Program-made: the position numbers and the translations under genes
Assembly: GCA_963674965.2 (NCBI GenBank)
Contig: CAXXFL010000006.1
Coordinates: forward strand, 832,001 to 896,000
DNA: 64,000 bases
Source of the DNA: a bacterium
Lineage (GTDB): Bacteria > RBG-13-61-14 > DATKZS01
Reading direction: 5' to 3'
Shown here: positions 12,001-17,625 of the stretch, piece by piece
Numbering within the stretch: position 1 is the first letter of the stretch
Layout of the letters: each line of letters starts with the position of its first letter
The notes under the pieces: model-generated
The model's input: the letters and a program-made list of their open reading frames with translations, nothing else
Told to the model about the DNA's origin: nothing
Database searches by the model: none

Positions 12001-13800
12001 GGTGTTCCACTCGAAATCCACCGCCACGGACCCGCCGAGCAAAACGCCCGCGACCGTCGCCGAGTCCAGCGCCGTCCGCTCCTCGCCGCCAACCAGGTAA
12101 AGGACCGCGCTGAACGCGCCCGCGTCCGTATAGCCCGCGTTCCCGATCTTGGCCGCGACCGAGAGCGTGTCGCCGTCGTAGGCCGGGTCGGGAGAAATCG
12201 AAACCTCGGCCGCCTCCACCTCGAGGTTGGCCCGGTACCCGTGAAGCGCGAGAAGCGCCTCGGCCGTGACGTACTCGTCGCCCGCGAAGCTCCCGTTCGC
12301 CTCCTGAGCGGCAATAAGGTACTGAAGGCCAAGATCGATCTCCGGTTTGTAGTCTCCCGTCGCCTCCAGCGCCTTTATGGCCAGAGCCGTGTCGAGCGTT
12401 CTCCGTCCGGGCTCCAGGCCGAAGCTTCCGTCTCCGTTCTGGAGCGCCAGCGTCCAGGCAAGGGCCGCGTCCAGCGCCGCTCCCAACCCGTGAGCCTCGC
12501 GATACGGGGCAAGGGCCATGATGACCTCGGCCGTAGGCGACGTCGATGAATCCATGCCAGGGCCGAAACCGAACCCGCCGTCATCGTTGGCCGCGCCGGC
12601 GAGGTAATCGATGGCGGAAATGAGAGCGTCTCCTCCTATGCCCGCTCGGTCCATGGTCTTGATGGCCAGGGCCGTGACTACGGCGTCGCTCTTAAAGCCG
12701 CCGGCGGGGGCGAAACCGCCCGAGTCGGTAACGCTCGATGAGAGGAACGCCGAAAGCTCGGCCGCCGCGTCATTGCCGGCGCCGAGGAGCGAGTGAACGC
12801 GCCTGATTTCCTGGTCGCCGTTATAGACGAGGGCGGTCTCGAGATAAGTTACCGCGCCGGACTGGGTGGAAGGATGGGCCTGGTTAAGGCGAAGGGCCTC
12901 GAGGGCCGTCGAGGTGGTCTTCACCGCTCTCGAGGAATCTACCCAAAGGCCGGTTACGTCTCGAGCGTCTATTAAAAAGGAAAGGCCGTCGTTAACGTCT
13001 ATGGCCGTGCCGGATAGCGCCCAGACGCAAAGGGCCGTAGCGTAAAGGTCCGAGCCTTGGCCGGCGTATTGAATATTGCCCAGACCGTCCCGACCCAGGG
13101 ACCAGCCCCCATCGGAGTTTTTCATGGCGCCGAGGCTTTGGGCCGTGAGGTTTATGTCGTAAAGGTCGGCTCCGTGGGCCTTGAGGCAGAGGAGAGACCA
13201 GGCGGTCTCGGGAGGAGGGCCGAAGGAGCCGTCCGGCCGTCGATTGTCGAGGATAAAGGCGTAAGCCCTGCCGTTGGATGAGCCGGCCTCGTGGAGGGCC
13301 AGGGCGGCGATGGCCGTATCGAGGAGGTTGTGGCCGGGGCCGAAGCTGCCGTCGTCGTTCTGGAGGGTGAAGAGATAGTCCCTGGCGCCGGGGTCAGGTT
13401 GGCCCGAGCGGGACAGGGCGAGGAGGGAGAGGGCCGTCACCCGGATGGAGCCATAGGAGCCGTCGGGGAGATGGAGAGAAAGGAGGTGGGCGGCATTTGT
13501 CGGTTCGGGAGCGGCAAGGAGGAGAAAGGACGCCTCCTCAGCGTTGGCGGGCGAAATCGAGGTAAGGGAAGAGACGGCGTCCGTGACGTCGTGCCCATGG
13601 GCGCCGAGGGCGGCCGCGGCCAGCCCCGACCCCCGCGCGTCCACCACCGCCCCGAACCCGCCGTTCGGACCCGCCGCGCCCCGAAGCCATTCGACCCCCG
13701 CCGTAACCGCCGGGTCCTCCTCGGCCAGGCCCGGGAAAATCGGGAGCAAGATTAGCGCCTCGCAAGTGATCAAAAGCCATAAATACGATTTCAGTTTCAT
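1..13800 (-). CDS. Giant secreted multidomain protein, >4,600 aa, 3' end beyond window start: signal peptide, prenyltransferase/squalene-oxidase (QW) alpha-barrel repeats, 6 CARDB, FlgD-Ig, DNRLRE-like, beta-propeller, 2 discoidin-like, Ig-like and FG-GAP/PQQ-like repeats
   Basis: Translated by hand from ATG at 13800 (MKLKSYLWLLITCEALILLPIFPGLAEEDPAVTAGVEWL) to position 1 with no stop seen. No listed minus-strand ORF uses this frame, consistent with an unbroken frame. Motifs: LQNDDGSFG, NSDGGW, LQNGDGSFG, QEANGSF; ESNELDN, ESDETNN, ELYEDNN, EPNEDNN (CARDB ends); LSWNNRP..QGWIDGEYPNYGILM; NVALGK x2; DLDGDGEPEI, DINGDGKADLV. Confidence 0.9.
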   Translation of the reverse strand, partial: MKLKSYLWLLITCEALILLPIFPGLAEEDPAVTAGVEWLRGAAGPNGGFGAVVDARGSGLAAAALGAHGHDVTDAVSSLTSISPANAEEASFLLLAAPEPTNAAHLLSLHLPDGSYGSIRVTALSLLALSRSGQPDPGARDYLFTLQNDDGSFGPGHNLLDTAIAALALHEAGSSNGRAYAFILDNRRPDGSFGPPPETAWSLLCLKAHGADLYDINLTAQSLGAMKNSDGGWSLGRDGLGNIQYAGQGSDLYATALCVWALSGTAIDVNDGLSFLIDARDVTGLWVDSSRAVKTTSTALEALRLNQAHPSTQSGAVTYLETALVYNGDQEIRRVHSLLGAGNDAAAELSAFLSSSVTDSGGFAPAGGFKSDAVVTALAIKTMDRAGIGGDALISAIDYLAGAANDDGGFGFGPGMDSSTSPTAEVIMALAPYREAHGLGAALDAALAWTLALQNGDGSFGLEPGRRTLDTALAIKALEATGDYKPEIDLGLQYLIAAQEANGSFAGDEYVTAEALLALHGYRANLEVEAAEVSISPDPAYDGDTLSVAAKIGNAGYTDAGAFSAVLYLVGGEERTALDSATVAGVLLGGSVAVDFEWNTLGHAGDWTLEVVADAGDVVFESNELDNAARVEALVNSIPDFAVFSSGIHFTPSSPSVNDAVTVSIEVYNLGDTPGYNVPIVAQEVSSGDILVSNVIASIPAGGRVTMTSTILAKAGVNAVEAEVNLQMIAGFWPAPESDSGNNAAINSLVVDVFGADLSVFSGPVFDPSEPIKGTAVGLSAQIANAGGVPIGGIEGGFYLGEPEEDGSNIIVSFADSDTLESGAIVPVSGVWATDEVDVGDHEIWVMASPLVKVGESDETNNLASAVVHLDGLDRPNLYVQSLEWSPTSPTVKDAVTFTMVVGNDGDRAVTDNFGVSLYIDEPVNYPYGWDIGNNPLYWNVGFDSLSGLESGATARLVFEFHPDLKTGGPHVLYGYVDEGKKVLETTRSDNLINAAFELIVPYEPDFTLGPDAVSFNPTCPNYGQLTDVTVRVDNRGPAGGSDVLVRVYKGNPDFLGEVVHEESVSYIAGDSATSVAFQLDPGDAYGEVPLFFEVDPDDSIVELYEDNNDAYAGLKINAADLTVWMTDVEFDPEVPAELSLTSISVTVRNLGVSSARAGLSVYWKDSDDKLYLVDGATVTVPGMGEAEAVFDWYYPSGAEAVVAVVDEAGLIIEPNEDNNRAERSLNPLRSPVIFSSVASDPPVFSPLYSPFVKDETRLSFGLSDDAVVMANIYDASGALIEEIVTPGPLAAGTTGIDWNGRNIVTGLSAADGEYSAKLGALVPGLQIAKYWDGESEFWEGQLGSNGIGITINGELRLRRDSHITVAEEYPDNGFDPDDHFKVFDNRRIGWTGLVDGFPGLSREIYWFFDFTGIAPGTPINNARLKYYQGGFYHLAPLLDPDKVKFYRLTSQYEVDELSWNNRPSESELEPVSVNTESDGVFGGNWYTSDLSEVAQGWIDGEYPNYGILMRHEGGLARVELDSLAVQYEFNGIYKWCMPKLLVKGQEGSDLYSIKARYDSLGTWTGVYDSGSKGTAWKQLILDGSRPFGTGVKSRYKSAETLAELELAAWSEYSSVLGSADLSVRGRYLEIEAALESYTGQYTPSIDKIVAVGVKNVVPELFAETGYHEDGEALELAGSPSVYAASNGKYRMYASDLVGNIISAVSNDGGITWTRESGTRISGPGVSDPFVVSERDGSLSVLVVEDGETTSGLVRYISEDGLALERDAVLAEADDWGFAYMGSPSIISLDDGLKRLFLVGDDGSGNAIHSAISDDGSSWTLEEGPRLGLDAFPSATEILSAEVSRRGGGQYAMLASVSEDGGPVLYELYSLDGLGFVSEPAKVGEVSNPCFVREITGVYKIFGDGSSGVFSLSASPETTVIVDDAPPDVYISSPVSGSRQSASIVIEGGATDLNFQEYELSYSLGGSSWTEISIPPSQSLQEVMNGALGTWNVSDVVDGSYSIRLEARDLAGNESEYAVDGVIVDNAGSAALADALNAPSIERPEEGDLFHASPISVTGLSGYSTRVELYREVGEVDKDDSAAVKLEWLVDPARGEHVGTGVANNGKTARLAETDANVALGKTVIPITGCGRDWPHFAEAITDGIWDDGSRGWEVCPGVSNSPYWIGIDLGRYYPAIFKVGLHKPAKNGGVKNFRIWASSTGAFAGEERVICSGVMPYAYYGEGGAEAYVQPAVRSGARYLRIEVVDAYEYLGKVTSGGFDEVEVFALYETSGEFLSEVFDAGLEMAADKISWAEDLADGTGVAVYARAGASQVPDAGWSEWVRIENGAGVSADIIGEYWQIRAVLSSDDPGVTPAVEGLDVSGHWTGWEFSSSAYTYGGDGPSAAVNPSSAGDFSTGVYGSFTNVDSERDTELLSLSYGQGVNVALGKPSSQSGVQWSARVLFDGDTSQNLTKYGGWIEVDLEGIYDLSSIRLANGTDPALGTREYRITSSISGDFSADETLLVEDAFLESDDPERLHVMPSDQLIKAGHVRVYLDGHYGKSAALSEVEVYAGYAQSGEFISDAIDLGVETDFGRAQWTSTTPEGTAIEVSVRSGDAADPSSWGGWTTLVNGQVLPESLNGGYLQYRVQMSSSDRFITPTFDELVITREGAQGNFAFSGVELNAGLNTFRARAFADLASSPVSEEVSVHYLGGGPTLAVSYPGEGSALTGEVSITGTAADAEGFGSYLLEYVSPGGSLFSITPSPVLEPVEDGILARWDTGGLVDGDYILRLSAVDIHGHEALLTRSVVIDHELPAAPVITYPTETGQPITVTSRVTDVSGTSEPDARVELYIGSELAASTDTDASGGFAFDSVTLGEGENILYAEAIDSNDNRGPRSDSISITVDGVELLASLDSVSYPAGTDVICGYTIMDVQGGRTFYNVSYKVMDAGGAVRGSGSASNVEAETAASFIWNTDGYQPGAYEFTVLVYDLEGALMESLALPFTVEADRSLSVTLVADAGSYNSSETMKFTARINSDSENYTFTSLAADFVLLDDGSAVVYSDQAETSSLVKGGHMDVPFNVIHAAYQAGIYTATVTVNEGSTTLGESTLSVRVLQDSIDKALFSRLTLEPDNVRSGAPLTASYGLRNVGNVDFTDLNARLSIRPLEGDTAVAAESTHVVTLLRGESISLSDAFSVDDWTEGYYAAVLSVGTTTLNAKSFLVDLSPPVSELLIGDPSYSSGATLYVSPETVFGLSAEDNFSPTAVTEYRVGEGDWIAVTGDFRLGFEGLETLSYRSRDLAGNVEEKKTIEVVVDPLPPEMAITDVSEPYYAHGLVAYVQPGPECGDTCELVLSVDVSDDYVGVETSEYKVDSGAWTTAPPSGQISTDAASQTLSFRLSDHLGHVSVISYQIKLNDHPSISVGLEESPDCFYFGDSFDLEVGVHNRESSPHSGVIHLTLLSPDDLPLDIKSVPFEIGANGYLDAVSGFATDPAWTYGRYKVEAEIESGELTYRPYQFPFGGYTSFYPRLEEYVSIEPLSSDYSVLYAGTTNDITMIVAGSNQACHTSQALITAELRDSMSGVIWSHTASTDIVDTRMMTLPLLFPDLPFGEYTLDYRIEWPLNHSASGSRTLLSQVAGSIVKDNQRVKYHDELEVTVSMVNPGNFHQPVSVRAHVPDLGIVSDAAELELTPGGPSGAAAVTAFESLPDDVAPGTYPVHVEATIPSGDTIGWVTSFTVAPIDPDVVASFDKDSYIAGDVLEVTFSITAGSEFGGTIPADFHVEAADLGGFVDDKTIELSVTPYAAVYSLTIPPDSISGVHFIDVSISLPNGEELEKTFAYYVPTSKLELSFSGTALSAGDTAEFTLANAGGVETDFEYFIEMDRSDLGYANRLAEGAGSVGTGGESLPLVFQIPETIKSGEYHVKCQVLDLGNGHHGVKHAMLAITGTDASLSAWTDQDVYNAVGGASDPITAEYEFSFGGGSTIDEALLDLKIVRLEYVQREPLDSWPKFRGDLANTGASSLSTDIGPGDVLWSAYLEAEVDASPVIADMNHDGVNDVVIVTRDNSFNFGGESLFVYSGVDGATLAINHDVHASATPAVGEIIDNGIHGYEVGLLVSLPAAEGYDLELLDVDLAEVERFYIQGGPVLSSPVIFPAGVSQVPYVTYQPGYIVEQSSGGCDVFLVNGDHAVIVNPNDASDNIILDSDPNEPAYGEIRGGGPSSAAVHDLDGDGEPEIIYGWARALSDSCHPELGAWMIGGVHAFNLDGSLSWSFSPYVSGLPGPLAAPVLSSPAVSDIDMDGVLEVVYLQYGATSDASHALVALSIADGDSPTVLWTSFQENPGLMISGMSSPAIADLDPSSPGLEVVVGSEKEDNPGVFAFNSDGSLAWSFTSIGPVKSSPIALDVDGDGALEVICQGAGVTTVYALNGEDGSVEWSIPVSGISSAAAGDINGDGKADLVIASSDGQIFALGEYPLPPEEVELPGVTNGGFEQGDYGWQLYDDDSLWGGYFQVGSTFDGVSSPDGSDFAALRTGPYYIELSQEITLPEGVEKIAFDLYFLTNEEPGAGNASYFSYLMDDAWNYFGGFGAMLDEMTLYSSSGADFLYETGWLPIEYELDFS

Positions 13801-13873
13801 ACTTCAGCCCCTAATGTTTTATCTGTAATTTTTATACTCTCGCGGGTGACCCTTATTCAACACCGCCTATATG

Positions 13874-14716
13874 TCACATGTTATTAATTATTGTCAAAGC
13901 CTCTTGATATTGTTTTCTCTTATCATCATCGGATTCATCATTAATGTTTTGCTCAATAATATTTATTACATCATCCTTATATTGGCCTGAATTAGCAAGG
14001 GCAAAGGCCGCTGCCTTTCTTACATCAGGATCGATATCATTCAATTTAGGTATTAATGACATTACAGCTTTTCGAGATTTCGAGAGATGATATGAAAGAG
14101 TGTTTATAGCGACCTCGCGTACAATCGGCATTTTGTCATCAAGCTTTTCAATCAGAGTAGGGATAATAACGTCTTCATTTTTTCCAGCGTTACCAATAGC
14201 AATAATAGCTAGAGTTCTTATTGCATCATCATCGTCTTTAATTGAACCTAAAATATTATCTAACTCTGGCAGGGCTTTTTCTCCATAATATGAAAGTGAA
14301 ACTAAAGCGGAGCGTTTTATTCTATCGTCATTCGAGTCAATTTTCTGTGATATCATTGGTACCGTAGATGATGGTTTATATTTTAATTTGCCTAAAGATA
14401 TTATCGTCTTGGATTGAACTTCTACATCTTCGTCGTTAATACTATTAATCAACTTTGGGCCTATTATTTCGGAATATACTACGTATTGCCCTAGTACTGA
14501 AGCGGATTGGCGACGGTCTTCAATCTCGCCGTTTTCATATTTATCTAGCAATTTTATTACATTTCTTTTCCATCTGCATTCTCTTATTGCGGGAAAGATA
14601 TAGATATCTGAAGATATTATTAAAATAAATATTGTTGCCGAAAATATTGTTACAAACAAGATGAACGATCTTGATCTAATGGCTATTTTCATTACTCTCA
14701 CCAATTTTATTGACAT
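13874..14716 (-). CDS. HEAT-repeat protein with N-terminal membrane anchor
   Basis: Hydrophobic N-terminal segment; repeated motifs such as LNDIDPDVRKAAAFALA and LDDKMPIVREVAINTL; AT-rich like the neighbouring toxin/immunity cassette. Confidence 0.85.
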   Translation of the reverse strand: MSIKLVRVMKIAIRSRSFILFVTIFSATIFILIISSDIYIFPAIRECRWKRNVIKLLDKYENGEIEDRRQSASVLGQYVVYSEIIGPKLINSINDEDVEVQSKTIISLGKLKYKPSSTVPMISQKIDSNDDRIKRSALVSLSYYGEKALPELDNILGSIKDDDDAIRTLAIIAIGNAGKNEDVIIPTLIEKLDDKMPIVREVAINTLSYHLSKSRKAVMSLIPKLNDIDPDVRKAAAFALANSGQYKDDVINIIEQNINDESDDDKRKQYQEALTIINNM

Positions 14717-14744
14717 GAAACTATTTTCATTTATTTTTATTATA

Positions 14745-15068
14745 TTAATTACCCCATTTAAATAAACCGTAAAAATATATCCCGATATATACTAGCCAAG
14801 TTAGCAACGATAATGACATTAATAATATGGGCCCAACGTCATATATTGTTATATTGCTGTGGTCCAATAGAATCTTTCGACATCTAATGCTGACTAGGTA
14901 ATAAATTATAATAAATACCCCAAATACAGCGAAAGATTCCACTCCAAATAGTTCCGTTCTGAATGCTGCATAAAATGAGGTATTAATAATGAATGATATA
15001 AGCAAGATTGCTTGTATTATATTAATTGCAATCAATGATATCTTACACATTAAGCGGCTAGTTAGCAT
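14745..15068 (-). CDS. Small 3-TM membrane protein, probable immunity protein for the orphan Rhs tip
   Basis: Starts immediately after the orphan Rhs stop; three hydrophobic stretches; AT-rich. Confidence 0.7.
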   Translation of the reverse strand: MLTSRLMCKISLIAINIIQAILLISFIINTSFYAAFRTELFGVESFAVFGVFIIIYYLVSIRCRKILLDHSNITIYDVGPILLMSLSLLTWLVYIGIYFYGLFKWGN

Positions 15069-15069
15069 G

Positions 15070-16707
15070 TTAATCTCTCCTGTGATTTTCTTTCCATTCT
15101 TCCACTTTATCGTCCATTATCTTCTCAGCTTCCTTCGAGACATCTTCATTAATTGTATCAGACTGGTTATGTTCAGAAAGATACTCTCCAACTGCCATAC
15201 CTCCAGCCTCCGCGAGATCAATATACGCATCATTTCCAAGACCATACCCTGCTTTAACTAAAGTAATAATACGCACCATATTAATATTTCTACATCTTTG
15301 TTCCAATACCATCATATAGGCATCGTTATCTGCCCATAAATATTTAGCGCAATCGTCATTCCATTCGCAATAATGATCATCATCACAATTATTATTGTAT
15401 TTATTAAGAATTCCCTGCTTTATACCAATTTGACAGTATGCTCGAACTAATGGCTCATTTTTCATTGCTTTATCGCCTAGCATCGCGGCACCAATTGCCC
15501 AGAGTATTACAGATCCAATTACTATTACGATTGCCAGTTCAAATAAAGTAAACATTCCAGATGGGTCAGTGAAATCTATTGGGTCGCAATATGTGTAAAT
15601 ATATTTATGCAAACTTTTCGGGTAAACATATCTTCCACCAAAATTATCTGTAGAAACAAATCTTCCCGAAACGGGGTCGTAAAGTCTGGCTCTTAGATAA
15701 TAATATCTAAGATTAAAGTCATAGGCGTCTCCCGTAAAAAGATGAGAAGTAATTGTCTGGTCGGTTGCGAACAAAAACGATCCGAAAGCGAGATAGGAGA
15801 ACGCGTTTGTGGTAGTACCCGAATTGGAGGAAAGCGCCCGTGATGACCCCAGGCCGTCGTAATGGAAGAACGAGACCGCAGCCTTTTCCTGACTGATCAG
15901 ATCGTCTCCAAATGTATAAGCCACTTCTTCAACCTGTGCCGCGTCGGTTTCGCGGAGGGCTTGGGAGTAGCCGGTCTGGTTGTTGTTGTCTATCAGGAAG
16001 CGGGTGGCGCCGTCGGGCGTCCGCTTGTATATGCGCTCGCCGCGGAAGTCGTAGGCGTAGGCGGCGGCGAGGGCGGCGTCCTTGTCGGCGCGGGCCATCT
16101 TGTTCTCGAGGTCCCACTCGTAGGCCCAGGTTTCCGACGGCCCGGCCTTGCCGGCCATATTGCCATTATCGTCCCACGCGTACGGCGTGACTCCCGAGGC
16201 CGCTGACTCGGTGAGGAGCCGGTCGTTCGCGTCGTAGGCGTAGGCCGTGACCAGGCCGCCCGCGTTCATCTGCCGGCGGTTCCCGAAGGCGTCGTAGTCG
16301 TACTCGATCCAGTAGGTGCGGTCGGGCTCGGGGGAGGTCCGCGCCTCGCGGGTGAGCCGATACAGTTCGTCATACTCGTAGGCGCACTCGTCCTCGATCA
16401 CCGGCCGCTCGGCCGTGTCGCCCTCCGCCTCCTTCGGCTCTCGGTAGCGCTCGATGATCCCCGTCCGGTTCCCCGCCGGGCCCAGCGTGTACTCATAGCT
16501 CGATATCAGCCCGCCCGGCCCCGAGTTCTCGAGGTAGGTCAGGCGGTTCAACTCGTCGAACTCGTAAGTGGCCAGTGTCCCGTTCGGATAGGCCATGCTC
16601 TTTCGGTTGCCAATGGCGTCGTAGGCGTACTCCGTGATTCCGTTGTCGTCGGTCACGGTCGCGAGGCGGCCGAGCGCGTCATGGGCGTAGGTCACCACGT
16701 GCCCGCC
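15070..16707 (-). pseudogene. Orphan Rhs module: 3' Rhs repeats, core and a distinct Cys-rich C-terminal domain, lacking a genuine N-terminus
   Basis: 16480-16707 closely matches 19090-19320 of the main Rhs. It has FHYDGLGS, YYYLRARLYDP and DPIDFTDPSG motifs. The listed N-terminus (MAFDHFRG...) is an out-of-frame reading of a copy of the giant gene's start. Confidence 0.85.
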
Positions 16708-16805
16708 ATAGCCGCCGGGTCCTCCTCGGCCAGACCCGGGAAAATCGGGAGCAAGATTAGCGCCTCGAAAGTGATCAAAAGCCATAATAACGATTTCAGT
16801 TTCAT
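16702..16805 (-). repeat. 104-bp diverged copy of the start of the giant CARDB gene (13697-13800)
   Basis: Direct comparison shows the same length and few substitutions. Read from its ATG it encodes MKLKSLLWLLITFEALILLPIFPGLAEEDPAAMAGTW*. Confidence 0.92.
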
Positions 16806-17008
16806 TCTTTAGTTCCTATTTTATTTGCTCAAGATAATCTATTTTATCTAATTATCCCACAAAGCTCGTCTATTTAGACGACGGCCAGGGAGCAGGTCAT
16901 CCTCCGTCATAGTTAGAATTGGCCATCTCATTAATTAAAAAAAACCAAATATATCCCCCAAAAATCCCCTGACTTACAATTTATTACCACTATTTAAAGC
17001 AAATCATA

Positions 17009-17055
17009 ATGATCTGCTGGCTATGCTCGCCCACATAGGCGAGCTATGGGTTACT
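17009..17055 (+). repeat. Hairpin-containing dispersed repeat, copy C (diverged)
   Basis: atgatctgctggctatgctcgcccacataggcgagctatgggttact resembles 48028-48109 and 48731-48813; contains the stem GCTCGCC-6nt-GGCGAGC. Confidence 0.75.
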
Positions 17056-17202
17056 CGTTGATTTAAATATATATGTGGCCTCGGCCTCACTAAGCCCACA
17101 TCCCAAGCCATGCTTTCTCCGCTTACAAATCAGGCAAATTTTATTAAAATAGATCAATTTTTCGCCTATTATACAGTAATTCCTGAATATATTTTACTTC
17201 AA

Positions 17203-17619
17203 TTAGCCTTTATCAATGCCCGCAAGGGAGAAAAGAAAGTTGTCAATAAGTCTTAACACCTGTGATTGATAACTAGTAAAGCTAATATCTTCGTATCTTC
17301 CAATTAATTCATCTTTGCCAGTTGAATACCAATAAACTTCAACCGTTAAAGTAGGTCCATCTTTTATAAGTGCAATTTTCCATGGGTCATCTAGATAGTA
17401 GATAATTGATCTTTGAATATTTTTATCTATTGTTTCATAAAATGAATATATTAAGTTGTAAATGTAATCTTCTGCAACATTTTCTAATATATTGAATTCA
17501 TCAATATATATAGAAACGGAACCGACGGCAACCTCAATACAAAATGTTAATTCATTATAATATAATAACTCCTTATCAACATCAATATAATCCAGTTCAA
17601 TATGAATTTGCTTTTCCAT
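17203..17619 (-). CDS. Probable immunity protein for the main Rhs toxin
   Basis: Begins 6 nt after the Rhs stop; small, acidic, AT-rich. Confidence 0.75.
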   Translation of the reverse strand: MEKQIHIELDYIDVDKELLYYNELTFCIEVAVGSVSIYIDEFNILENVAEDYIYNLIYSFYETIDKNIQRSIIYYLDDPWKIALIKDGPTLTVEVYWYSTGKDELIGRYEDISFTSYQSQVLRLIDNFLFSLAGIDKG

Positions 17620-17625
17620 TTATCA

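Noticed and set aside
12240-13720. Active squalene-hopene cyclase
   Set aside because: QW-like repeats are present, but I saw no DXDD motif and the protein is secreted and multidomain.
364-13828. Many listed ORFs, including 471-aa and 451-aa plus-strand ORFs
   Set aside because: They are antisense or off-frame shadows of the giant minus-strand gene, with R/G/V-rich composition and no motifs.
16708-16785. Listed N-terminus of the 571-aa orphan Rhs as a real start
   Set aside because: It is an off-frame reading of the duplicated giant-gene start; the same peptide appears as a shadow at 13780.
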